Below, piece after piece: positions 49,946-63,255 of a stretch of DNA of 64,000 bases (position 1 is the first letter of the stretch; each line of letters opens with the position of its first letter). The stretch is from Spizellomyces punctatus DAOM BR117 (lineage: Eukaryota). Under the pieces are notes generated by a model. The model saw nothing but the letters and a program-made list of their open reading frames with translations. It did no database searches and had not been told where the DNA came from. The position numbers and the translations under genes are program-made. Where the stretch lies: assembly GCA_000182565.2 (NCBI GenBank), contig KQ257456.1; one strand, written 5' to 3'.

Positions 49946-50480
49946 TTATGCTGAACAGCACCGTTGAGGCGCATTTCCGGTCCGTTGGGCAGGTTGCCGC
50001 TGTCCAGCAAGCTTTATGGTATCATTAGAGTTTATCTCCTTCTCTTCATCCAACTTCAGAACTAAGTGAAGTAGAAAGATATCGGTTAACACATGAGCGC
50101 CCTCAAAGATGCAGGTATCCTCCAATGACTCGGCGAGTTTCCAAACATGTAAATGCCTACCATAGGTTTCGTCGGCTTTCTCTTTCTTTACACCTTGTAC
50201 AATGTTCTTTCGGATGATAACCGCAGCCTGCTGTGCCGTCTTTACCAGTTTCGCCAGTTTTTCAGGATCTGTTTCGTCCTTTTGCTGAAGGAATTGTTGG
50301 CGAGTGTACAGCCGAGCATCTAGCAAGACAATAACAATTATTAAACTATGCGACAAATACGGAGTGTCGCAACGAGTACCAACTTTTTATCTGAGCAGCA
50401 TCCGCGTCGAAGGTCTTCCTTTGAGCTTTAAGAAGATCCTTGTAAGCCCTCAAGACTTGTGATCGCATCGGCGCCGACAT
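49946..50480 (-). CDS. MZM1: LYR-motif complex III assembly factor Mzm1/LYRM7
   Basis: VLRAYKDLLKAQRKTFDAD..ARLYTRQQF..AAVIIRKNIVQG..Y|VLKLDEEKEINSNDTIK. Confidence 0.8.
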
Positions 50481-50827
50481 TGTGCAGCAGTTCAAATGCA
50501 CTGGCAAACCTTTGAACAAAACGCTTCGACTGTTGGTTGAGTCATTGGTTGTTATGGCAACTAAAATGGCACGTGGGGCGATGAATCATCATCCAATTCC
50601 ACCTCAAATTCCGACAATGCGCTCTTCCGCCGACGCATCACGCACGATCTGGCACGGCGACCACCGAAAGACTCGACTTGTCACTCCCGCAAACGAACAA
50701 AAACTCATATGGTCATCTCAGCCTATCTTCTAGTGAGGTCCAGAGTAGGTTCGCATTTATTTTATGGTCACGGCCAGTTGTCTAATTGACTGATTTTGCC
50801 AGCACGAAAGCGGTTCATTGTATTAGC

Positions 50828-51757
50828 ATGGGCAAACTTTTGTGGTCATCCGGTGTTCGCAGTATCCGATTTTGCAATGTAGTTATAGCACATGGTGAAT
50901 GTACGCGCACCGCCCGAACGTGGGCTCACTCCCCTCCGTTGCCCGCAACATGCTTGCTCTATCAACATCGTAGAAGGCATACGCACCACCGAAGCGTACC
51001 ACCCATAACTCTTCCCGCCACTCTCCATTCTTTGAACTCCTGTCTGGCTCAACGAAAGAACATGTATTCACGGATGGTGAGCCATCGTCAGGCTACATCT
51101 CCCGCGTCTGCCTCCCCCGATAAACACGATCCCGATTACTATATCAACATTGGAACAGCCACTCGCATCCTGCGAGACGATCTACCAAGTTTCATGGAGC
51201 AAGGGCTGACCACGTTTGATATTTACTCGAAAGAAGTGGCTTTCACGGAGCCTTACCACTTGAAATTCTGCTGTCGTGGTCGGCGATGGTACAAGTTTCT
51301 TGCTGGCTCCACCCGAACACTATTGAGGATGTATTTTGCCGAGGGTGAATTGAACATTATCAAGATGCAGCAGATGCGTGGGCCAGAAAGGGCCGCTGGC
51401 GACAAAACCCAGGATGCTGAACCTGAGCAATCGGAACTTGATGGGGACGGAAGTGGAGTGCGATTAGTTGTGCGATGGATATTCGAAGGCACCCCTCGGC
51501 ACCAGCTGATTGCCAATAACATGGATATCCTGGCCACTCCACGATCAGTATATGAAGGAGTGTTCGTCTATGTATTCGATGATGAGGGATTGATAAAGGA
51601 ACATCGACTAGAAGCTATTCATCCCTCGCCACCATTGTTTTCGGGGTATAGGTGGTGGAAGGGCTACCGTGCGCCAGTAGAACCGAATCTCAGCATGAGA
51701 GCAGAGGCCGTAAAGATTCCAGTTCGAGGGCGACGAGTGGATGATGATAAAGGATAA
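50828..51757 (+). CDS. Conserved hypothetical NTF2/SnoaL-like (DUF2358-like) protein
   Basis: NIGTATRILRDDLPSF..FDIYSKEVAFTEP..GRRWY..LVVRWIFEG..YEGVFVYVFDDEGLIKEHRLEAIHPSP. Confidence 0.65.
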   Translation: MGKLLWSSGVRSIRFCNVVIAHGECTRTARTWAHSPPLPATCLLYQHRRRHTHHRSVPPITLPATLHSLNSCLAQRKNMYSRMVSHRQATSPASASPDKHDPDYYINIGTATRILRDDLPSFMEQGLTTFDIYSKEVAFTEPYHLKFCCRGRRWYKFLAGSTRTLLRMYFAEGELNIIKMQQMRGPERAAGDKTQDAEPEQSELDGDGSGVRLVVRWIFEGTPRHQLIANNMDILATPRSVYEGVFVYVFDDEGLIKEHRLEAIHPSPPLFSGYRWWKGYRAPVEPNLSMRAEAVKIPVRGRRVDDDKG

Positions 51758-52030
51758 CGAGAGGAGCTGATGCCAAGTGTTTACAGACCTACTATAGATG
51801 AAGAGACCTCTACCGATTAAATGTGGGCGGTACTACAGGGATCACAGACAGCCCAGCAACCCTTGCTGTTCTCATTACAGTCGGTGGACCCGAAGCCCGG
51901 TTATCCGAGATACAGCGAGTACGTCCTCTATGCGACTCTGTCATGCTCAGTAACATAAATATCCCACGTAACGCATACGTTCTGCCATAATATCAAATTA
52001 TCTATACAAAAATGCACCACTAAATATATG

Positions 52031-55000
52031 TTATTCTCTCTCCAATGGTTTGCTCCGCTCCAGTTCCAGCTTCCGCTCGCCATCCTGGCCCAGCATACCC
52101 ATATCAAATCCCCATCCCATCTTTGCACTCCCTTTTCGCCTCCCAGCTCCTTCTCCATACATTTCATCCCATTTGCGCAGTTCGACCAATGTCTGCATCT
52201 CATCAGTCAAGCTGGGGGGTACTTCTTTCAATGCCACGTCAAAATGTGAGTGTTTAAGTGGACCGAGCTTCGAAGCCGCAGAGGGAACAGTAGTGGCACG
52301 GGAAGCCGATTTTCGACCCATAGGTGGAGTTCGACCCACAGTAGTAGATGTCGTTGCGGATGCAGCAACAACGCTGGCAATATCCTCAAACTTGTCCAGT
52401 TCTTTCAGTAAATCCTCTGTAGTTGCCTGTTCATCTTCCGCAGTACCCGCTTTTGCTTCCCTGACTAGAGACTCTTTGACTCGCGCGGTTGCCGCAGCGA
52501 CGCAAAGGTTCTTCAGGTCGCTACCAGAGTAGGACGCAGTGCGCTTAGCCAGATCAACGACATCTAAGGATGCATCAACATCTTCGCCGCGGAGGTGCAG
52601 ATTTATGATTTTAGCACGTTGTTCTTCGTTAGGTAGGTCGACTACAATTCAGAGTCAGCATATTGGAACTAGTGACTACAGACAAATGAACATAAAAATG
52701 TCGCACCTAATACACGTCGTGGCATCCTTCGCAGGATAGCATCATCTAGGTCGAACGGCCGATTGGTTGCTAGTGATGATGTCACCTTAGTACCCCGGTG
52801 CGCTGAAATCAAATATACCCATCTATCTAATTATACACACCTCCCATAATGAGGATTCCCGCATTATTCGACGTCAACCTAACAACGTGTCAGCTCAACT
52901 CTCAGTTGCATATTCATTAAGGCACGCTACTCACCCGTCCCACTCGCTCATAAACTCGTTGATGATCTCCCGTCGACTAGCGTGGGCCGCATCGCTCCTT
53001 CTTGCTCCAAAAAGCGCATCCACCTCATCCAAGAACACGACGCAAGGAGAGAGCTTCCTAGCCAGTGTGAAAACAGCTTTGACATTTTTCTCTCCTTCCC
53101 CAACATATTTATCAAAAACGTCAGAAAGGGCCACACTCATGAAGCGGGCTCCCGAGCTTTTCGCTACAGCTTTGGCCAACATGGTTTTTCCCGTTCCCGG
53201 CGGTCCAAACAAGAGGACACCGTTTATGGCATTTCGGGACAGAATGCCTTGCGCGAAATAATCGGGTCTGAGAAGAGGTAGCGTGACGACAGTTTGAAGC
53301 ATTAGCTTCGTTGAGTTTGGAAGAATCAGGTCGTTAAAGCTTGTTTTAATGGCATCTTAATAAAGATGACCACAAGTAAGATCATCAAGGTCGATTCGAC
53401 ATATGAATTGTGCAATGCCTACCTGGATTGACAACAGTAGAGACAAGACGCTTCTCACGCTGATTCAACCCGTATCCCGTCCTTTTTCAGCTGCTGTAGA
53501 ACAGTGTCCGAATCTGCTACCTCAGTCTTCGCCGCTTGTTCCTGCTCCTGAACGGCGTTTGCATCCTCATGCTGCTCTCCAGTCCTCGCCGGCACGACGC
53601 GTTGCTCTGCACCTTCAACCGATTTGCTCGATGGCCTTTGGGACGCCCCATTTCGCATCAATTGGAGTGCCTCAGCAAAGTGTCTCGCCGACAGATCCAA
53701 AGGTCCTCGCAACATATGATCGTCCCGTCCCGAAGACTCACCACCACTAGCAAGCTCTAGCCTGAAGCCCATCGCCAAGGACACCAGTCTCTCGACACGA
53801 TGACGAGGCCAGATGGACTGCTCCAACAGGTGCAGCCCGCCTTGCAAAGAAGGCGGTACAACATTGCGATCCGCGTCCTCTGTTGTGACAGCAGATACAT
53901 CTAAACCTCGTATTGTCACACCTCTTTGGCCGCAGATTGCCTCCACCCTTTGCCAGTTGACCTCCTTAATTCGCCGGCGTAAATCTTTTTGCATTGTTTC
54001 CAGCCAGATCCCAAGCTTCTCTTTGTCAGCCGTTGTTGCAGTATTTTCACTGTCAGACAACAAGTAAGGGGCCGGAGGCAGCATTTCCACTTTTTCAAAA
54101 TCTTTCGTCATTCGGTCCAAAGGCGTGCGGAAGAGGGTTCCTTCAGTCCAGATACGTTCCTGCTCTGGTGAAAGACGTCCCGACGCTCGCACAGACCCTT
54201 CAAATAAGTCTTCATAAAATTCCACCGTTCGATCAAGGTTGCCCGGATGGAGTAGTGTTGGTGAGCACCCGCCGATGAGCACCACGGGAATGTTATGTCT
54301 AACACGAGCCACCACATCAAGAAGGCTCAGTACTACCCGCTTTCCGCTCTCGCCTCCTACTTCCAAAATATCCGTCATGTCTTTCACATAGATAATTAAT
54401 CGACGAGGGTATCGTAAATTTGTTAACAAGGACTTTGGAAAACTGGAACATGTCGTCTTGATGAAGTCTACGAGGGCTTTCGATGCTTCACGCAGCTCCA
54501 AGCTAGTTAGAGGTTCCTCATAATGAGATCCTTTACCAAGCGCATCCTTGTGCATGTTGGCGAGAAGAGTGTCCACTGGAAGTGCTGTGGGCGGAGACGG
54601 TGCGCTAGCAACAGATATCTTTATAGGTAATCCGGCTATAGGACTAATATGGGCTTCCGATACCCGATTTGACGAAGGTGCCTCGGAGGTACCACTCATG
54701 GTGGAACAATCTTCCGTCTTTCCGTTCCGCTCCCCCACATTGAAAGTAACCACCAGAGGATGTGTCGGTTCAGATGCGCGATAATTGCCTACCCATGGCA
54801 AGTTCCGTGAACCAGAAGCGACAGCATGGTAATCTACATCATCGTCATCTTCTTCGATATCATGCTCATCATCAAACTCCTCGTCTTCATCATCAATACC
54901 CTCAGCTTCCTTCGCGGTAACTGTGTTGAACATTGCAGGGGAAAATGATTCGGAAACTTGCAGGTACTCTGGATTTTCTGTACGGCCTGGTGTTACAAGT

Positions 55001-55889
55001 TTCGTAAGTTCACCTCACATTTGGTTCAGACGACGACTGATGTGACCGTTAATGTAGTCAATAACTCACCTGTCACAAAACTGCTTCGTTCTCTGCCCGA
55101 CGGTTTTGGGGACTCTTTGCCAGAAATCTCGCGGACTGCTTGAAGCATGGTGTGATAATCGAGGGTCAATACGTCTGCTCCAAGATCGAAAGCCACGGCT
55201 TTGACGGTGTTTTCCAGAAACAGTGGAGCCCCAGGATGTGGCGATGCTAGAATGATATTTCTGCTTGCGTATGGAGATAGCTCTACATGCGTTATCGCTT
55301 TCAATGTTCGGCGATTTGCGTCAGAAATATAATAGGGGTATGTTGTCTCGCTTGCAAAGGACTGTTGGAGCTGACTATGAGGGATGAAGTTGCGCCGAAA
55401 CGCAACGACTGGGCGGACATGACTCTCTTTTGATGCGCTTGTGGAATGTGGAAAATTCGCTTCTCCTGCTGTTGCTTGAGACTTTGTTTTGTGCCCAAAA
55501 TCGGCCCAATGCGCCATTCCTCTTATCCCGCCTCGACTCCATCGCGAATGACGAATGATTGAATGGAAGTTGTATCGCATGCCTGCTACCCCAAACACGC
55601 CCGCTCGATGCGCAACTCGTCCTGCTACTTCGCCCCCAGAGTTTCCCGTTTTCACAGGCACCTTCCCTCTACATCCTTTGCTTAATAATGGAAACTCTGC
55701 CTGATCTGTCGTCTGTTTAATCCTCTCGCCTATTCGTCCAGGAACGCCGGAGAGGTTACGCTTACAAATGCACTGAGGCCATGAGCGACGAGCACCAGCG
55801 TGGATATAACCCAAGGGAGATTGTTGGCTTTTACGAAAAAAGCGCTGTCGAATGTCGCCTTCCCGGACTCCAATTCTGTGAGCAGGCAT
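52031..55889 (-). CDS. AAA+ ATPase, Msp1/ATAD1-like with long N-terminal region
   Basis: GVLLFGPPGTGKTMLAKAVA Walker A, VVFLDEVD Walker B, TNRPFDLDDAILRRMPRR, YSGSDLKNLC, LRKWDEMYGEG; start uncertain. Confidence 0.88.
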
Positions 55890-56228
55890 TTGGCGGCTTG
55901 CCGCCTGGCAATCGCTGAAGAGTAGGAAAAACGCTTCTGAGCCGGCAATCGGTCGCACCCAAGCCTACCAATATCGCTACTCTGCTTTACCGATCTCAAA
56001 GTTGCAAACCCCTCAAAGCGATATTGTTAACCGATAATTTCTTGGAGCTCCGCAAGATCCTTTGAGCATCGAGGTGATTTTTGGGAAAAGCACGAGCGAT
56101 GAGTCACAATCCAGTCCACGTGCCTGTCGGACCCTGACGTCAGCAATGATTCATCAGATCCGTTTGCCTTCAAAGCTTGCACTCGACCATCTTGCGCTCA
56201 ACTTTCCTCTCATACAAAGGCCGTCGAT

Positions 56229-57034
56229 ATGCCGCCGAGGACCACCGAGCATCAACCGCTCCTCCCACGAGCGGCCGAAATGGCACGCGAAGTGACTCGG
56301 TCAAACTGGGAGGACTTTAAAGTAAGTTCCCTTTGAAAAAAAAAAAAAGAAAGAAATAGCAGTCCAGACTTCTATATTCATTTCTTCGCCGCAGGAATTC
56401 ATCAATCGTGGCAAAGTAGTTGACTTGGCCGTTGGTATTGTCATTGGTGCATCATTTTCTTCCATTGTCACTTCCTTGGTGGACGATCTCTTGTCCCCTA
56501 TCCTATCTTTGGTTGTGGGCAATCAGCTGGAAGATGCGTTCATTCTTCTGAAGGCCCCTGATATGAATTCGGAAGCGTGCAAGCAACATGAAGAATTGTG
56601 TCTAGATCCAAAGACCCCACAGCAGGCACATGCAGGTAGGTATCCGAAATTCTTGGCATAGCTTCAAGCCAGCAGAATGTCTAACACGAGAACATTGGCG
56701 ACCAGTCGGTGCAATTACGTTCAACTAGTATGTACGAGTGTTCATATATTGTCTAACTGTCTCACCATTAAATTCTTGTTACAGCGGGCATTTTATCCAA
56801 CGTATCATCAATTTCTTCCTTATCGCAGTGATACTATTCTTTCTCATAAAGGCATACACAAAGCTTTTGCACAAAGGATCCAAGTTCTTGAAGAGATATC
56901 GGGATTGTCCTTGGTGCTTAGAAGAGATTCCCGAGAAAGCCAGGAAATGTAAATATTGTGGAAGCGAGGTAGTGCCATTAAACCATGGTGTGGAACTCGC
57001 CATCGACCGCCCTCCTCCTGGAGTAGCGCATTGA
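56229..57034 (+). CDS. mscL: Large-conductance mechanosensitive channel (MscL family) with a C-terminal CxxC..CxxC ribbon
   Basis: [90 protein letters not shown]; three GT-AG introns. Confidence 0.9.
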
Positions 57035-57151
57035 CTGATTTCGTGTTCAATGTGGGTAGATTGCAAGAATAGCATGTACATAGGCGAAAGAGAGGGTCTT
57101 GGTTGGTTCATTTTAGGGAAAGTTTAGAACCAAGGTTGATGGCCATAGCCG

Positions 57152-59401
57152 TTATTTCGTGTGTATCTCATTGCTTAGGCGTCGGCAATAAACGATTACA
57201 TCGCCTCTTCTTCGTGGATCATCGTGAAAATGCGAGTTGAAGAATCGTTCACACTAGAATACATAGCCCGTTAGATACATATATATATCACTGCTCCGGT
57301 ACCTCTATCTGACCTCTTCATAGTTCGACCCTTTGAAAATATCGAGCATATCCCTCGATAGTGCTTCAAAAATGACAACATGACTCGGCCAGTAAAATCG
57401 TTGTATTCGCCAATGTTGACCAGGCACAGGTATGGTGTCGTCATGGTAGGCTGTCGTGGAGACCCCGATGCTCCTCATATTGGGATCAAAATACTTCTCT
57501 ATAAATGACTTGGGGCTTTGATAAAAGATATCTGCCTCATCTTGGTACGTGCTTGGGTCAATCCTAAAGAATCAGAACTGCCTGTGAATAAGCTAATTAA
57601 ATATGCATTGGAGCAATACATCATACCCGACAGGGGGCTCACAGGTCAAAAATCGCATCGACACATTTCGGTGTAGATGGCTATAAAATGGGGTCGAATG
57701 ACATGGCATGAGAAACAAAATTCCGTCGATTCGTTCATGAGCCGCTTCCTCTCGCAACCAATTCATCACATCTACGACTCCACGTTGATGAAGGATGCCT
57801 AAATAGTACCCCGCTAATCCATTCGTAATCACCAGGAACGTGACGAGCAGCGGAATCCGGTTCCGATAAAGACACCTCCTTGCTTTAGCCTTGTCCGTCC
57901 AAGACTCAATCCTATGGATAGCCGCACCAGTTAAGGCAATGGTAGGCGGTAGTATGGGAAAAATGAAGCGGAACTCCTTATGCGGCAAGAGGGTGTAAAC
58001 ACTGAGTGTCCACAACACTAGCCTCAGTAACCTGCCTCTCATTGGAGCTTGGTGACCTTTGGTAGAGAGGGTGTCCCACACAAGGAGAGGGAGAAAGCTG
58101 AAAGTGATGACAGGAAATCCTTGCGAAAAGTACCAGTGCCAAGCATGGTTCCCGTAAAAGGATGCGATGCCCTCCACAAGATTTTGCCGGATAAAGTTGT
58201 ACGGGACAACAGTCCATTCTTTATAAAAGATATAGTCGATGAGGACGGACGTTTGCAACGCAAGGAACCTGTCGTAGGGCTCGTTACGGATGTTCCAAGG
58301 ACAATACATTAAAGAACGAGCTTACACCAGCGTTAAAGCGTCTAATGCAATTGTCTTCCACATTCTGATGTTTTTCCAAACGAGGTTGACGCCCAGGTAC
58401 AACCAGATGATTGCGTTCGTAGGGCGAACAATACAAGCAAGGGATGCAACCGCTAAAGCTACTCGAAAATGCCTATACCAACCCAAAATGATTAAACTAT
58501 TCACAAAAGTCATTGATTCGGTCATGTAACCGTCATACTTTCGGTGCATATGATTGAGGTTCCCCTCACTAGTCCACGGCCAATAGTAGAGAGCAGCCAC
58601 AGTGAGGACCGATTCCATGCTATTCGAATAAGTCCGAATCCCGCAGAAAAACGTATACCAGGACAACACGGAACACATGAGCTACATCAACGATGGATAT
58701 AGGAACATCAAGATCCAGTGTCAGGTATCCCATCACAAACCGTACATACCGCCCATTTGGCAGCACCATGACCAAAGAGTCTGTATGCCAACAAATACGT
58801 GTAGATATCACCCACGGCAGCGAATCCCGCTTGGACGAGACGTGGTGCTACAATCTATACCAAACCAAGTATCAAAGACTTATTGGTTGACGAGCAAATC
58901 AGAACATGGCTCGTTACCAAAAGTTCTGTCTCATCCAATCCCAAAACCGCCAGCGTTTTGTAAATGAAAGTGAAAATCAATGGATGTGCGAATCCGCGAA
59001 TCTTATGTGTCCATTCCCACGTAAGATACCCGTAAGTGTTCGATCATAACAAAAAAAGGAAAAAAGACAAGGCTCTGGTTAAGGACATTTACTGCTTATA
59101 TTTAGAGAACTAGAAAATATCAGAAAGGATATCCAAAGACCAGTTTATGAGCAACTTCTAGTGCCTGCCAATACTCATCGGGATCATAATAAGTACGAAC
59201 GAAAAGAGCATTGGCTGCACGATAGCAAAAGAGTAATAGGTAGAGCTTCAAGAGTCTTCGCTGTGAGGGTCCTTCTTTGCGACTCGTAATCTCATCGTCA
59301 TGCTTGTCGCCGGCGTCGTGCTGAAATGAGGACCTGGGTCCGACGTGGTTCAAACTCTTATCAGCTCGAGACGCACGGTCCCGCTTGGACGATCGTAGCA
59401 T
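57152..59401 (-). CDS. GPI10: GPI mannosyltransferase 3 (PIG-B/Gpi10)
   Basis: RTYYDPDEYWQALEVAHKLVFG, RTYSNSME, RPTN, FYGNHAWHWYFSQG, HKEFRFIFP, LMPCHSTPFYSH, FLTCEPP, FNSHFHDDPRRRGDV. Confidence 0.93.
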
Positions 59402-59690
59402 GACATGAACCAGTAGGATGCAACTCGCAAGATGCGTAGAGTCCGCTTCATGAGCGAAGCGCGTTCCTCGTTACCATGGGGATACTGAGTCATCTCACCA
59501 CAATTGAAAGTCTTTGACTTGGGAAGATGCAACTCCAGCCGCGAGGGATTCCAACTGTAAAGGAAAGCAAGGTAGGGAATACATGCTTCCGTATTGCCCA
59601 TGCGGTGTAGATGGCACCTTGCTATTATGCATTTGGTTTATGTTTTTTCTAATACGAACGTACTTTCACCCTTGAAGCAGAGCGGGCATC

Positions 59691-60256
59691 ATGTCGACTC
59701 CAAAAACGCTTATCAAGAAGCTACAAGAGGCAGGTCTGCACAAACGGATCCTTCCACCAAAGGTACGGTGAGGAAAAGAGGAGGAAAGGATAGGAGCATC
59801 TCTCATTCATGTCTTTTTTATCAGGACTTGACGTCACGAACGCACAATGGTGCAGGTGGTGCATTCGTACCTCAAATAACTAAACTCACAATTCATTACG
59901 ACCACCCTCGTATCGACGCTGGTGGAAACTCTCGAGGAATGGTCAAATTTCTCTTGGATCGACTTCCAACATTAGCAGCCGAAAGACCATACGTTGAGAT
60001 TTGCGTTCAACCCCGCCGAGCGTCGCCCCCAAAGCTCGTTGCCACGTACGCCAACGGAAAGGTGAAGGCAATTTCGTGCTCAAAGTTCACTCCGGAGCAG
60101 ATTGAGAAACAGGTGGCCTTTTTATGCGATTCGATGGACGGCGAGGAGAAGAGAGTAAAACGGGGTCAACCAGTGATAAAGGGCGGGAATAAAATGGCTG
60201 GTCGGGTGGAGGGTGTGTGGGATCCATTCACGGCGCGGCAGACTTTCCGACCGTAA
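59691..60256 (+). CDS. Mitochondrial large ribosomal subunit protein mL43 (yeast Mrpl51-like)
   Basis: NGAGGAFVPQITKLTIHY..GGNSRGMVKFL..LAAERPYVEICVQPR..PKLVATYANG..VEGVWDPF. Confidence 0.8.
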
Positions 60257-60435
60257 AATGGTGCTTTGGTGATGGGCTCGGCCGTTTATATTTATATACA
60301 TTGAAATTAGAACTTGAACCTTCTGGATCATCGCAGCCACAGTTTACATATCATGAGCACTTTCGCCGCCAAATGATTACCATGTCATATTTTAGTATCA
60401 ACGAGGTCCAATGTACAAGGCACTAATTGCATTTC

Positions 60436-61499
60436 CTAACTCGACTTCCACGCAGTGTAAAGCTGGGCAATCGCCGCGATGGTACCGCAAATCCCAACGC
60501 CCACATCAGGGAACGAGCTAGTTTCCAAAGACCAGTGCACAGTCAATGGGAAGTAGGCCGCATTAATGATGGTGTTGACAAGCAAGCCCTTCCTTTCGTT
60601 CTTCAAAGCCTGTCTCTCCACAGCAAGCTCCTTTGCATCAACATCCTTATCGCCGCCCACCTTCAACTTTTTCTTGGCCAGGGCCCGTTCGCGGACAGCG
60701 AGCTCCTTGTGCTCCTCCCATAGCTGAGCAAAGTACAGAACAACGTAAGCAGCCCAGAATCGACAGGACCAAATCCCAATCTTGTCTCTAGTCTCGGGCT
60801 TCATTGGAATCACATCGTGAAGACCGAGCCAGTAAGCGTGCTCCAGAGGATAGTAGCAAAAGTTGGAGAGATTCTGAAGACGGCCCAGGAGTTGCAGTTT
60901 GCGTGTTGGGGCAGGATTTTGTTCCGAATAAGCGGTCCATTGCAACAGAGGAATGAGACCATAGTAGCGGAGGAGAATCCTAAAGTCAGCGACTGGGCCA
61001 GCCAGGTTGAGAATACGTGTAGCAAGGGTAGAGGAAGGATCCTTGCGCTTCAGGTGCCACATGAGGATTTTCGAGACATATTGGACCAGCTGTATACACG
61101 ATAGAAAAGACATCAACAAACTCTCCTCCGTAATACCGCGAGCTGCATCACCTCACCATCAAGACTTTGTCGGTACCCCTGTAAGATAAGAACAAGAGTT
61201 AGTGATCACACCACTGCAGAACGTTGTCCCAGCTGTGTACTGCAGACCTAACAGAGTTAAGGAAGCGACAAAGCTTGTCCAACGTTGGGTTCGGTTTCAA
61301 CACCTGCATGTCGTCGTTTGTTGAATTTCCGCGATGAGAGCAAGTGAGCCCCAAAAACCACACGACGAGACCAGCGATTTCCAACCGATGCATGACTGTG
61401 CCACCATACGTTGGGAAGGCTTGAAAGGGCATCAAGATAAACAAAGAACACTCGTAACCTTTCATGCCGCCAACCACAGATTTTGAAAGTATCTACCAT
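60436..61499 (-). CDS. PEX11: Peroxisomal membrane protein Pex11 family
   Basis: LCRFLNSV|RGTDKVLM|LVQYVSK, ADFRILLRYYGL, YYPLEHAYWL, WSCRFWAAYV, AYFPLTVHWS. Confidence 0.88.
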
Positions 61500-62273
61500 A
61501 TGCTTTCATTCTCTCTCCTTCCTTGTCTTTGCACTATACAGTACCTTTTGATTCCACTGCTTCTTTCCTGAAAGGAAGCAAGCATCAATTTCACATCCAT
61601 CAAAAAGGTCGGATAAGGATTCAGCACAATGTCTTGCCGGAAGTGAGCTGTCACTGGGGACCAACGGATCGTTTCCGTCTAAAATATATTGTCTTAGTGC
61701 CTGATTTGTATAAGGATAGTAGCATTCCTAGTTGCCCAACTACTGTGATTTCCTTCGTTGGGCAGCCAAGCTGCTATGGAAGAGAAGAGACTGTACTCTG
61801 CCTGAATGCATCTGTCAGTAGCGTGCTTCGATGGTTGGCGAGAGGATTTTGCTGTGTAGAATTCACTAGCATATCTGCAGACAGCAAATACGCCCCATTG
61901 AGATGAAGAACAAATTAGGTACTGTCAACATCTAGGACGACCATTAGATAGCTCAAGAAGAACTTGATAACCTTTGGAGGGTGAACGTGTGTGCTAGAAT
62001 CACTGCTTTCTAGTTTTCAACTTCTGGCCTCTTCAGTGTGCTTCCCATTCAGCCATATGAACTGTGTCAATCCCGCAACCACTGTATATTTTTTTCCAGC
62101 TTTCACCATGTTGAGAGATTGCGAGTACATGTCTTTTTGCTCGACCAGCACTATGCTCGACTGGAGCCATTTGCGAAAGCGCCAAAATGATAGTCTTGAA
62201 TTTACATTGTTTTTTTGGAGGTCCAGTCCACCAGACCAAGACTAGAGAGGAATCGAACCTCTATGGTACGATC

Positions 62274-62437
62274 CAGGTCCTCCCTCCGCCCGAAGGCATC
62301 ATCGGGTATAGCAGCCGCCCCAACCAACGCGACTGCAGTCCATGCAACCACCCACTCAGGCCCTCCCTCCGCCCGAAGGCCTCATTGGGTATATCCCCTC
62401 AACCCGAAGGCATCATTGGGCATATAGCAGCTGCCCC
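62274..62437 (+). repeat. Three diverged copies of a ~25-37-bp motif (CCCGAAGGC[A/C]TCAT[C/T]GGG[T/C]ATA)
   Basis: Copies near 62289, 62372 and 62403. Confidence 0.8.
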
Positions 62438-63255
62438 ACGCCATCGCAGCCCACAGTCCATCTCAACCACTTGCGGGGGAACGGGGGGACGAGGGAAGGG
62501 TGCCTTTTTATAACCGAGCGCGACTGCGCGTTGTGGCTGGGGAATGCCACGTAAGCTGGTCTGATGATCTTCTAGCCCCTTGAAAGTAGGACCAATCGTC
62601 GTGGATTTGTAGAAGCACGTTCTACCCCTAGCTTCCCCTTGACGCGCTCGTTCTTCCGCAAGATCCCGTTAAATCCCGATATGATGATGAACCTTCTCGA
62701 CTGGACGCCGTCACCAGCAGCTGGACATGGTCAAGACGACATTGAAGCATTGAAGGCCCGTCCATATTTCTGCATTGGCTGCTGTTGATCTGTGCAATAA
62801 CGGTGGTCGTGTTCCGCCAAAGCGATAATCTTCAAAAAGGTAATATCCATGGTTGACACCCATCTCCACCAAATGACTCCTCTTTTGGGGGATAGACCTC
62901 AATGAACTTTGCACATGGGCTTTGCCGATGTAAAGGCTGTAGATGATCTATAGTTCGCTCAATACTTGGTTCAATCTACTCAACTGCTAGTCAGGTTGAC
63001 TGTGGAAACGTAGACTTTTTGCGAAACCAAACAGCAGAGTCTAATTCACATATGCTGTTCTTCTTCTTGCCAGCCACAAGTTACTGCTGCTACAGGGGGA
63101 CATTTTAGGAAGCATCTGTTACTGCATTGCTGGAATGGTGAACAAAATAGTGGAAAGCGCACACACCATGATTGATTCGTAAGCTCTTAGTAAGCGACAA
63201 GTCCGATCAGCGCTATGCAATTGAAATTATCCTGGGGATGACTGATCACTGATCT

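Noticed and set aside
50548-50561. RFX X-box-like GTTGTTATGGCAAC
   Set aside because: Single motif between two non-ciliary genes with no supporting evidence.
59106-59115. AGAACTAGAA, a match to the first 10 nt of the omegaRNA guide
   Set aside because: Preceded by TTAG rather than CATA and diverges after 10 nt; not a credible target.
62274-62437. Possible CRISPR-like array
   Set aside because: Only three diverged copies with irregular spacing, in a eukaryotic context with no cas genes.
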